Origin: Perkinsus chesapeaki ATCC PRA-425
Taxonomy: Eukaryota > Protista > Perkinsozoa
Direction: 5' to 3'
DNA length: 64,000 bases
NCBI GenBank assembly: GCA_013115145.1
Contig: JAAPAO010000094.1
Span: forward strand, 16,080 to 80,079
The first letter of the stretch is position 1; every line of letters starts with the position of its first letter. The notes below the pieces were generated by a model. That model had not been told where the DNA came from and made no database searches. It saw only the letters and a list, made by a program, of their open reading frames with translations. This document shows, in pieces, positions 35,495 to 47,134 of the stretch. A program made the translations under genes and the position numbers.

Positions 35495-37517
35495 ATGGCG
35501 TCTAAGGACACTTACAAACTTGCTATCACCGCGCTGGCATGTGCGGTCACTTCAGCCTTCACGTGATAAACTGGGCGAATTGGATCTCAAAGTACTCTGG
35601 CGGCAGGTATAAGACGTACCAAGATGTTTACGGTAATCGGAGTAAAAAGGAGGCTGATAAGTTCATTGAAGTTTTGGACCCAGCATTGGAATTGGTACTA
35701 CCGGCGGAGGCACGATCTCTTAGCGCACTGCTGCTGTGTTGTATATTGGAGCCCGAGGGCTCGCTCTACTCTTGGTCGCCCTCGGAATGCCTCGTAGTTT
35801 ATATAATGGTTAGCTTAGAAAGTGGATAGCTTGGACTGAACGATCCACTCATCAATTGCGCTGCGAAGTTATTTATTATGTACGGCACATGCTGAGCAAC
35901 TGTGACCGGTTACGGGCGACACATTTTCCCTTATTCCTGTGGTTGAATCGGCCGGTGGTATTCGTAGCAAGAAGCTCCGTAAAAACGTCTTATTTACGTT
36001 CGGATATTTTGTTGTTGCAGTTGAAGCCCAAGACGTATTCAGCGGACGAGTTCAAGCCATCTACAGACTTTGAAGGTCCAATGGAAGGATATGTGTTTAA
36101 GCGAGATAAGCTCGGTGTGGGGTACTATAAGGATAAGGAGTTTGATGCAGTGCTGCAGCCGGAGATAGAAGAGCAGCGACGACGGCTGGCGGAAATGCCG
36201 CAGTAGTGAACATGTTTCTGATCTCAGCGGTTTTGATCTTCTGGATGGGCACGAAAGGGATCACTCCCTGGGAAAGCGACGTTGTGAGGAGCTGCTGTCA
36301 TTTTGCGGGGAATGAGCGGAGAATACGGTATGGTTTAATGAGCACCATTCAACTGTTGGATGTTCTCGAAGGGGCAGATAGTAAAGTCAGCCTGCTAAAT
36401 GTGACCTACCTATGTGAATCGGGGTGTCATTCAGTTCCTACGTACTATGTCCGCAGAGGGAACAGCTGGTCCTTCGACTGGCAGCAGCAGCAGCCCGGCG
36501 GCCCCTCATCGCAAGAAGGCAGACAATCCTTCTGTGTTGGAGTCCCTTGGAATAGTAGTTGCCAAGGGATCGAAAAAACGTGTCAAGTTGGCTGCGAGCG
36601 AGTCTCGACGTGTGAGGGTGAGACGGGAATAACGCCGCACGGCAGTTGGAGAGCCTGGCAGGCGCGGACGAAACAGCGAAGTGCTGAGGAAGAGCAACGG
36701 TTGGCTGTGCTACGAGAGGATAAGGTTCGGCAGAAAGCCGCTCAAGTGAGACGCTGTGAAAGTTGCTTAGCATTTGTAAGTGTCAGGAGCATCCAATGAA
36801 TGCGTTGCTGGCTGCTTGTCGCAGTAACGACTCCCTCACTATCGCTGATCTCATTGGCCACAAAGTAAGTGCCGCTGCGTCACTGTCGACTGATAAGCTG
36901 AATTCAGGAAGTGAGCGCAAATGTGAAGTATCCGTACCCTATAGATGGCCTTGGTGTAGGGGCAGCTCCGATTCATGTAGCAGCTCAATACGGTGCAACG
37001 AATGCTATTATAACTCTCTTGGATGCTGGCGCCGATAAAGAACAGGTATTCTTACAGCTTTGTTTGGGGATGTATTTCTCAATGCCGTTTGTTTCTTATG
37101 TATGAGTTTTGCTCTTCAAAGCTCTACAGTGTGTTTAATTAATATCTGATGTTTCGGTTTAGGTCACCGACCAGTCGCAGACGGCTTTACATATTGCGGC
37201 CAAACGAGGGCTGCCGGCAACATGCCAGCTGTTAATTCAGAAGGGATGCAGTCTCAACGTGAAGGATAGATTTGGGTAGAAGGGAAATCGTTTCGTTGTG
37301 GAGCACTGTGTTCAGGTCGACTCCGTTGGACTTGGCGAGGCGGGAAGAGCATCGATCGACATTTCACTCGGAAGTGGTGAAACTGCTGAAGAGGACAGCT
37401 AACCAGCTGCGTGAGAAACAAGCACCTTCGGACAGTGAGCATTCTGGGGGAGGATTGGATAAGGGAATTATTGCAGGTCGAAAGAAGGGGCGAAGACGTC
37501 AAAAAGTTTACCAGTAA
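35495..37517 (+). CDS. Multi-exon protein with a C-terminal ankyrin repeat region (one gene or two adjacent genes)
   Basis: Ankyrin-like GAAPIHVAAQYGATNAIITLLDAGAD, QTALHIAAKRGLPATCQLLIQKG and STPLDLA. Upstream exons include FEGPMEGYVFKRDKLGVGYYKD and a charged helix. Confidence 0.7.
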
Positions 37518-37979
37518 ATGAATCTCATGTTGCGTTGTTCCAGTACGCGGGGGACGGTATGGGGTCGTCGGAAATAAGTTGACTGCTGAATGGGAGTTGT
37601 GACAACTCAGTTGTCGACAACGTTTAACTGCTTCATGTGTTGCTGGTTGGCTCGGCTACTTCGGGTCACAAAGCCTGTATGCAGCCAAATACAATTTCTG
37701 TATCGAACACACATAATCATAATGAGTAGCTTACTCGACACAACGCCTTTACTGGTGCAGTGGTAACCTCTTTTATGTATGTATCGGGCTTCTCTATATG
37801 TTCGATCGGTAGCCGAGACCAGCTCATTCATACATAAAGGGAAGTCACACCAGAGAGTGCCGAGCGCCACTGCTACGGTATGCCACACGGGTTAGACAAA
37901 CTCGGTCGTTAAAGCTCATTTGTTAGCTCACTAACTTGCAAGTTGCCCGACAGTTGAAGTCCACTCGAGAAAAAGTGGA

Positions 37980-38593
37980 GTCAAATGCTTTTCCCAAAGT
38001 GGCCAGGCAGGAAGGTTTGTTCGTGACGTAGAGTGAAGGTAGCTTGTCCATTTCAGCACTAGTCGACCTTGCCGCGCTTTACCGGGAGATTGTTTCTGAG
38101 GTCCGTCGGCCACATTACACTGCGTACGAGTTCTCCGAGATTGCTCTGACCTCAGCAAGGGCCCCGAGCCTACGCGGCGCTGCCGAGAATGTTCTTCGGA
38201 TGATTCTCGATGAAGTTGTGAAGCGGCAAGAACCGGTTAATTGCCGAGGGAAACGTGAGGCTTGCCATTTCACAGTTGAGCATCGGTGCTTGTTTAGTCG
38301 GGCGTAGTACATACGACCTGTTGACCCGTGCGGCTAACGACCACGTCTCGGCCCATTCTCCGGGGGATTTCTCGGAGAACGTGCCCCTCAATCAGGGATG
38401 GACGATGGTGTCCTTGAAGAATCTTACTGCTGCTTTTTGTAGCCCTAGAGGTTTGCGCATCATGGCTGAGAAATCCCTTGGTGGGAAGCTCATTGCCGAA
38501 TATGTCGGGGACAGAGTGGTAGCCTTGCTGCCTTGCCTGTCGCAGTGCGGTCTACAATTGGATTCAGGTTTTGGCATCAGAGGCTGCCGTTGA
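37980..38593 (+). CDS. Hypothetical protein exons
   Basis: Protein-like frames ALVDLAALYREIVSEVRR... and YDLLTRAANDHVS.... No domain recognised. Confidence 0.35.
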
Positions 38594-39289
38594 GCTTAGC
38601 AGTGGTCTTTCAGGGCGCGGCGCAGTACAGATGTTAACAGGGATTTGCAATTACACACTGCACTACCCCGCCCTGGACGCCCAAGGGTCAGATTGGGTTG
38701 TACTTGTACCTTCGCCATGATTGGTATTAGGTATGAAGCTGTAAGCACTGCCGTATGGATTCGCCTGCTAAGCGTAGCATCACGCCATTCAGTCACGGAT
38801 CTAGCAATGAGTGATTTCTCTATTCTTCATCGGAAAGTAAGTGCTTTGCGTAGTTGTATTAGTACTTGTTATTTAGATCGCAGAGGTATTGCCCCACGTC
38901 GCCAGCTGCAGCCGGATCGATGTCGCCAGAGCAGCCGAATGGTTGCTGATGTACGCAGAGGAAGAAAACATGTCGGAATAGTTTCTGAATATATAGTTTT
39001 GTGTTGAGTGTCTGGCTAGCTGCCGTCTACGGCAGTTAGCCAGGAACCCTACTAGGGTTTCGGCTTCTGATACTTGTACTGAGGGTAGTTTAACGACCCT
39101 GCACCAAGCTCCGAGCTTGGTGCACGATGCTTTTCTGACAGTCGAGCTTGAAGCTCGACTCGAGCTGCTCGTGGACTCCACGGATCGTGGACCGTGACCG
39201 CCATTGTTGCCCTCGGCATCGTCGCCGTCATTGTTGTCCCTGGGGGCATCCCCTATAGGGTATAACCCAAATTCATCTGGGCGTTTTCG

Positions 39290-39515
39290 GCTTTCAGAGC
39301 TGCTATACCGCCGGTTACCGGCCGGTATAAAGGGAAGGAGTCGAGTAAAGAGGTTATGCCTCCACCTATCACGGTAATAGTATCACCCCATCAATAGTAG
39401 AGTTTTCGATGCTCACTAGCTCTAACAGAACCTCCTCTCCAATCCTGTGAGCAAAGCCTCGGTTTGACATTTGATAACCAGCTTTCAGAGCTGCTATACC
39501 GCCGGCTACCGGCCG
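39290..39515. repeat. 35-bp GC-rich direct repeat (39290-39324 and 39481-39515) at the distal end of the hAT relic
   Basis: gctttcagagctgctataccgccgg[t/c]taccggccg occurs twice with one mismatch. Confidence 0.9.
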
Positions 39516-39589
39516 CAGGCCGGTATAGCGGCGGGGAATTTCCCCGGTGGAAATCATCTTCCAATAACTGCAGCGTAACCATGTCCTTC

Positions 39590-42250
39590 TTTTTAGCATT
39601 GGAAGGCCGACCAATAAGATTTTCAACAACCGTAGAACACCCAGTCGTGAAAGTGCGATCACCGATCATGCCACCAAGCGTCCTGGCCAAAAAGGTTTGG
39701 GATATATCCGCTTTGTGTTGCCGCTCCATAGCCGTAGAGACAGACAACTTGCTTTTTGAAAAAGCAAGGATAAGTTAACTCAAGTATAACTCGAGGGAAT
39801 AAGTTCATACTACGCGACAGAGGCTTCATCTTCTGTTTCTTCTTCCACCTTTGGAAGCTATTTGCGCTTTCCCGGGTAGCACTGGTAAAGATGCGCAAAC
39901 TCGGATTAAATCTAGAAGAATACACAATTTTATATCATCGCTTTTGGTATTTTCGCTAACACCACCTCTGTTACAGCGATACTATGAATGTAGCTCAATA
40001 AGTATCAACAATATCAATCCTTTTCTATATTTTCGGAGCCATACATGCACGGTACTGAAAGAATAGCGAGAACGCTCAACGCATCTTCCAAATTAGCGAT
40101 GGATTGTATAGTCCACTGGACCGTGTTCTCCTGACATTGTGCCAAACTTCTTCAGTGCTTCTGTCGCCGCTCCCAATTTTGCTTCCAATAAATCCCCGTC
40201 TAGTTCTAGATGACGTACATAAATTATATAATATAATACATGTCATGTATGTCCAACAAATACTACTCGCGCAACCTCTCGATTTCAAAGTCGAAGTACC
40301 TCTCCGCTATACTTTTTCGAGATGAAGGTGAGAAATTCTCACTGAGAACTCTTTTTGGAAAAGACTTTTCCTTGCATGGCGCTGGTTAGGCATTGTTGAA
40401 CTTCCCGTAGACCACCGAACAGTGACATATCATTGCACTGTAGTTTATTTATCAACGTACTGAACGTCTCTAATACTCGCAGAGCGGCTTCCACCTTGTC
40501 AGTGACAAGTTGTCACGCATACTCCGGTCCTCTAGTATAGTACTTGAATCGCAATGCAGGTCTTTTATCTTCTGACTAGCGCTTAGCCAGTATTCTTCGT
40601 CGGACTTGACTTGCTCGCACTCGGCACAAGCCATCCCAACATTTAGCGTGGGCCGAGTAGGCGGCTATGGAACTTGACCAACGAGTCACACAGATGGATG
40701 GTATTCTCGACAAGGTCGAGAATACCATTCATCTGTTCACTACAAAAAATTGAAGGGTCGGCTCGACCCTTCAATTTTTGGTAGCACCTATCAATCGAGC
40801 CCAAACGAATCCAATGCCTGGCACGCGTCGGCAGCGCAGATATCCATGAGAATTGCCCCAGGTAATTGCTTTCATCCGTCAGAGATGCAAGAGAGTTTTC
40901 AGTGTCATCTGTTGGTTTGGCATCGTTTCGCTTCTTTATCCCCGTCAGGTCCGAAATTAACAACTGAATTTCGTCGCTAGACAACCGGCGGCCAACGGAG
41001 CGGCCTTAATCCTAGCGCAACCATTGGTTTCTCTCAGCTTCATGGTTTTCTGAGTGTTGCCGACGATGCAACTAGCGGCTAGTTGCTAGCCGTCTCTCTC
41101 GCACGTACACAATTGCTTGCACCATCTGTCATGAACCCCAGTGCCAAGAAGCCATCTGAAGCAATACGTGGATAATGGCAAATTGGGACCGTCAACCACC
41201 TGATTACATTTATGAAGCATCTGAACATTTCGCTGTAACCCAGATGATATCGTTGGACCGGTTTCGCGCTCTCCGACCGTTAACTGCCGCGCGGAAAGGG
41301 GTATACAGGTGACTGACCCGCGGTCTCGATAGGCGACTGCGCATGTCATCAGCTGGCCACGCCCGTTGAGACACGACCACGAATCAAATAAAATAATAAC
41401 CCACTCGCAGTGCTGGACTGCCCTCTGCATCGCACTGTTGAACTCTATATCGAAAATGATATTCTTAAGTCTTCGAACTCTTTGGATGCTCAGAACCCCA
41501 CTGAAGCCTCCTCGTTTGTTCTTCATTCGCATTTCGACCATTCGGGACAAGCTCATCAATCGCTTCCTGGAATCCCCCACTAACAATGCTCCTCACTGAC
41601 CACCCGTTAATCATGCTGCAGACAATTAATTTTATATTGAAACGTTCGCTGTCGTTGAGGGACTCACCAGGGGAACATATAGATACTACGTTGCTTGTAT
41701 CTGAAAAGTATCGAGTCCAACACTCGGATTGCTTGATAACCGAAAGGCAGAAGCTGGACGACCCAGGAATCACCGGATTTGCCATAATGCTAATAATGTG
41801 TGTCAAAACGCAAGTTGAGCTTTCCAGAGATCGAATGCAGAGTAGACTACTCTGAGTAGTTAGTGAGCATTGCACTACCCGCCTTGGTGCCAATCTTTCG
41901 TGAATGATGCTTGAGTAAATGCTCACGACACTGAGTGACGTTCAATCTTTGCCTTAACTTCGGTTGTGGACACAAGTTGTGTCACACAACTTGCATTGAT
42001 ATATGCTGTTTTTACTGATTGTCACGTTCTTAAAGTATGAACGGGTTTTCTCCACCGAAACGGATCCGGCCATGGAAGAATTATGCGTGCGAAGCCTATC
42101 TCCGTTATCTTCTCTAAAATCCACTTCACTCAACACTGAATTAGACTTGGTTTGATAAACAGTGAAACTGTTCCTTACAGTCTGTAACTTACAGTTTATC
42201 ACAAGAAATCGGGGGCTACGGTAGAACCCAAGAAATGTTGTTGACAAGTT
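39590..42250 (-). mobile_element. Decayed hAT-superfamily transposase pseudogene
   Basis: Across frameshifts: BED-like CKLC...EHLLKHH; LIVCSMINGWSVRSIVSGGFQEAIDELVP; catalytic-like IILFDSWS; ETGPTIS; MTDGASN; and a dimerisation-like tail GGMIGDR...VVENLIGRPSN. Multiple stops. TIR and TSD not resolved. Confidence 0.75.
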
Positions 42251-42814
42251 CTTAAGAGGACTGTTAACTATGGATGATTAAACCGTTAAGATTTTACGCA
42301 CATATATATCACATTGGCTGTGGGAAACAATCATTAAGCCCTCAGTGATGCTCGCTTAGCCGCCGAAGGCGGGAAATTTAGATCGTTTTGAGGGCTTTAG
42401 GCCGAAATTCCCGCTATTTCCAGTACTTTCCGGAAATGTTCCAACGAAATTTCCGAAACGGAAATTTTGTCGCATTTCAGTCTTGCCACACAGCTACGCT
42501 CGATCGATAATATGGTATTACCAATCGATTCCTCTTGTCGAATGGCTATAGCCTTCGAGTTTTCATATGAGTTTGATCATTCATACGAGATATTCAATTT
42601 CTAGCAACTTGCCCAAAGAATGCGAACGGCGTTAACCTGTGTGCCACAGGTCGCACAACAATGGATTATTCATAACTCTCGCTCTCAGGCTTCGACTGGT
42701 GTACCGTTCCCTCACAACAGAGTTAGAAGTTTCAACTTGGAAAAAACTCAGATAGGTGGAACAGTTCGGAAACAATTGATAAAAATCTATCATGTCGACA
42801 CCAAGTACCATGCG

Positions 42815-45590
42815 TTAAAATAAACCTTCGACCTTGCCAGTTGCTGGGTCAATATCCACCTAAAGGAGCGATTCGCAACCCTCGCAGAGCGTCAAAAATT
42901 TACATCATAGAAGCACGGGCGAGTAGGGAGACCTGGCATGGTCATAATTGGACCCAAGAGGGGATAGATGAAACCAGCACCTTGAAGCAAACTGATATAC
43001 TGAGACAGCACTGTGAACTCACCGGCGGCCGCACGACAGTTCTTCACTTTAATCGTGAATCCAGTAGGCCTACCACGCAGGCTCGGATCAGCCGAGAGAG
43101 AGTATCTGAAGTCCCGTCTTGAGTCAGGGAGTGAATGACTTGATCCACTCACTGCGTCTTAGCCATACAGATCGGGAGCCCTCCAAGACCAGCTTCTTCG
43201 AATCGCTTAATAGCAGTTTCGGCCGCCTGGGCAAAATGCCGTATTGGACTATTGTGTGTTATCCCTCACCTCTTCGTATTCCACATTGGCAGCTCCGTAG
43301 ATCTTCGTGCAAATTGCGGCGATCTTGTCCTTAATCGGGAGCTCCAGCGGGTACCTGTACCGCACCTTAACCAACTCCGTACGTCGAAGCCTCCTCCGTA
43401 CGTAAACTTGAAATTGGGCTTTTTAGTGTCACAGACTTCGATCAGCTTCTTCGCGATATCAACCGCACCTTCGCCACCGCGAGCCCAGTGATCCGATACC
43501 ACCGCCGCAGCAGCTCCGCTCTTCAAGGCATCGTCAACTAAATTACACACATTCGGTTACCGAATTTCGGTGAACTCTATATACGTATCTACCAATTAAT
43601 TTCAACTCGGCATCCGAGTCTGTATTGACCTTATTGACGCAGACTATAACTGGCACCTAACGAGCCAAGCTACTCCACCGGCGACAGAGGTGAGATCAGT
43701 CTCACTCCGAACTGGTTGCCGATATCTATGTGAGCCTGAAGATTGCTGAGCCCATTCTGAATAAGATCCAGTCTTTCACTGGTATATCTGAGGGGCAAGC
43801 GTCATGCTGTAGATCGATCCGCCGCGATAGCCCACGCCTCGTTCATCTTCTTTCCAGCCTCCACAGGGGGACCACCGCCGTGGCTCTTCAGTGCGCGCGC
43901 GGTTGTAACAAGGACCTGCTCAAGTAGCCTCTTCCTCACCGCCAAAACGTTCAAGATTTACAATAGCATCTGGGCGCAAACCGCTGTAGCGACATTTGAT
44001 GTCCATGAACTTCTCCATTCCGATGTCGGACCCGAAGCCAGCCTCGGTGAGGACCTGATCGAGTTCTAGGGTCGAAAGGAAAGGGAGGTTGGAGCTCACG
44101 TAACCGTCCTCTCCAACGAGTTTGAGGGCAACTTGGTCAGCTACTATAGAGGAGTTACCATGAGCTATGTTGGCGAAGGGACCAGCGTGCACCTAGTCCT
44201 CCAGTGGGAGTGGGTGAAAGGATATGACATACAAAAACGGGTGTTCCCTCCAGAGTCTGCATGAGTGTAGGGTTAATGGTGTCCTTCAATAGGACCGTCA
44301 TAGCTCCAGCGACACCGAGATCGTCGGCCGTCACAGGCTCACCGGACTTGCTATACGCCACCACCTTGAATGTTCACATAACATCGAACAGCAATAAAAA
44401 ATACCTACCATCTTTCGTAGCCTCTCACGCATGTCCTCCAGGCTGGTAGCAAGGGCGAGGATGGCCATGCACTCGCTGCCTGATAAACCATCTTGAATGA
44501 TTGCGACGCAACAATTGTCCTACTGACGGCGATGTCCACCTGAGTCTCTCTTGTCATTCCCTTCTCGTTCGGGCCCTGTCCAATCGTAATCTTGCGGAGC
44601 ATACGGTCATTCACATCAACCACGCGGTTCACCTGAAATGGCATGCTGGAAGCAAAGTTCGATAGCGGCTCACCATGATAGTAGATGGATCGATGTCGAG
44701 GCGGACCAATCGAGCAATGCCTTCGTCATCGAGCTTGCTCACGTCAGCTGGCAGACCCAGGCGCTCCAAGCGACGGAGAATAGAAGCGGATACTTTGCGA
44801 TGGCCGTCCTTCATTATTGGACAAATACCTGTCAAGGTGAACTATAGAAATGGAGATCAGGTGGGCTTACGGTCAAAGAGAGCCTTGTTAGACTGCGTGT
44901 TCTCGTGAAAAATTCTTGTGTCGAGCTGAGCCACGAGGAGATTATTGGCGATAGAGATGGCATGGATGTCACCTACAAACGACATCTGCGTGCACATGTG
45001 TAATGAACTCACCGGTGAGATGAAGATTAAAGTCTTCCATAGGAATGACCTGAGAATAGCCACCACCAGCAGCACCACCCTTTATGCCGAATGTGGGGCC
45101 CATCGATGGCTGTCTGATGCAGGTGAATACCTAACGTTCAATGCGCATGCTGCAGAGCCTTCGAGAAAGCCTTACTTTCTTGCCTAAGTGTGCCCCTAGG
45201 CTCTGGCTGAGTCCAACGGTGCAAGTGCTCTTACCCTCACCAAGAGGAGTTGGAGTGACTCCGGTGACAACCACATACCTGCAAAGATGCGATGCGAAAC
45301 AACGGAGCAAAGCGGCTTACTTCCCATTGGGCTTATCTGAGAGCTTCCCACGGACCGAAAGATTGACCTTAGCGTTGTATTTCCCGTAACAGTCGTAGTC
45401 CTCCTCCTCGAGGCCGAGAGACTGGCAAACGGCACGGATGTGGACGGGGGCGACCTGAAGATGTCACACAGCGTTGAGGATTAGGGTCCTCGCGGCGCCC
45501 TACGCTTTGGGCAATCTCGATATCTGACGGTACAGGGGTACGAAGAGCTTCGTTGGTTAGAGGCCTAGGAAGAACAGTGGAGGGAGCCAT
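42815..45590 (-). CDS. fhs: Formate-tetrahydrofolate ligase
   Basis: PSDIEIAQ; [26 protein letters not shown]; [18 protein letters not shown]; [26 protein letters not shown]; LPICMAKTQ; [15 protein letters not shown]; KVEGLF*. Confidence 0.96.
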
Positions 45591-45789
45591 TAACCGACAA
45601 GCACGTATAGTGAAATAAAAACTGACAAGTAACACCATGAGCCCCTCGGGGACCATCAACGAATACGAAGCAGTCGAACTGGTCGAGTCAGCGGGTGAGG
45701 AGGAACGGTGTTAATGCATAATAGAATGGTAACAGCACCCGTTGTTGCAACAGAGGAGCCGAGAGGGAGGTAGAGAGCTCCGATCAAAC

Positions 45790-46834
45790 CGGAGCTCAGA
45801 TTTGCTTCCAGTACAGTTTCTAGCTCAGAGTTACTGTTGTAATGACTGGTAAGCCGAAACCCTGCTTGCTTGCCTTACAAGCCCATTGAAAAACATTAAT
45901 TTGATATTCGCAAAGAAACACTCAATAATTGTACAGTCAGTTCGAGCTGGAGCTCCGTTCATTGACATTGGACAGTTGGGTCTTGAGCTTCTGATTTTCT
46001 CGGGCCAAGATGGACATCTGTTCTCGGAAGAAGTCAATACGGCCATCCTCAGAATCCGTCGTTCGTGTCACAGCCCGGGCCAACACGGACTCGTGACTAT
46101 TAGCCTCGCGCCGCCGTTCCTTCATAGCCTAAAAGTGACGCCAAATGCAACTTTTGCACGCGTGCGCACCGACAGCGCCAGGCATGAAACAGTACTTCAA
46201 TCTGCGCCCGTAGCTGTGCGTTTTCGGCTTTGTACTGCTCCGCTTGAGCGCGCGCTGTTTCTAATTGATCGGAAAGAAGTCGCCGTTGGTTCTTCAGTAC
46301 CATTTGGCTCTCCGTCAGAGAACTTACCTGCCATGAACAACAACCTATGCGAAATACCGATTTCAACAAACGCGGTACTTTCTGTTCTAGTGAAGCCTTC
46401 TCCCGTCGAACAGTGTTGAGCTCGGAATAGAGGCCTGGCAGCTCGCCATCGGCAGAGGCACGCCGTTGCTTAGCCGGGCCCGCAGCATCGCTCGAGGGCG
46501 ATGATGGAGTGAGGTTGACAGCCGCGTTGGTTTGGGGGCTCTTCATTGTCCCACTGGTCCGTTGCTCACTCTGGCCACCTGAAGCAGTAAGACGCTCGAA
46601 CCTGAAATCAGATTTTTCCGTACTCTTATTGCCGGCGCTATACAGTTGCTCGTAGGTCTTCACTGACTCCCTGTAAAAATGGAGTACGTCATCCTGACTC
46701 GGCTCCAATTGCACCACTCGGTCAGGTGTTAACCCCAATTTCTGACGCAGGCGAAAGTTTTCTAGAATCTCCTCCACGGACAAGTCGGCTGTCGCGGAGC
46801 TCCTGCCGTTGGGCAGACTGTCCGTGTTTGCCAT
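45790..46834 (-). CDS. Hypothetical coiled-coil protein; 3' end uncertain
   Basis: Heptad-rich segments ELNTVRREKASLEQK, LSDQLETARAQAEQYKAENAQLRAQIE and REQMSILARENQKLKTQLS. Confidence 0.6.
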
Positions 46835-47134
46835 CAAGGGTGTTTATAAAAAAACAAGCGGAGCGATGCACCGAGATTCAAGACCACTGAATACGCCTCA
46901 GGCGAAACTCAACTCGACAATGTATAAATCAAACTGACAGCACGTTCCTTGTCCTAGACAAGACGAGGAGTTTAGCTACTGGCATTAAAACAGTAGGCAG
47001 ACCTCATGGAGTACCTGATTCACCATCACTGGAAACCAAAGAGGCGAACTGACTTACGTTATTTCATAAGCGCAATGATATAGTCGAACGACGCTTCTGG
47101 GAACAGCGAAGTTGAAGTGTTGATGAGCCTCGAG

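Noticed and set aside
39486-42490. Candidate hAT terminal inverted repeats (cagagctg versus cagtcttg)
   Set aside because: The match is poor and there is no 8-bp target-site duplication, so the ends are left undefined.
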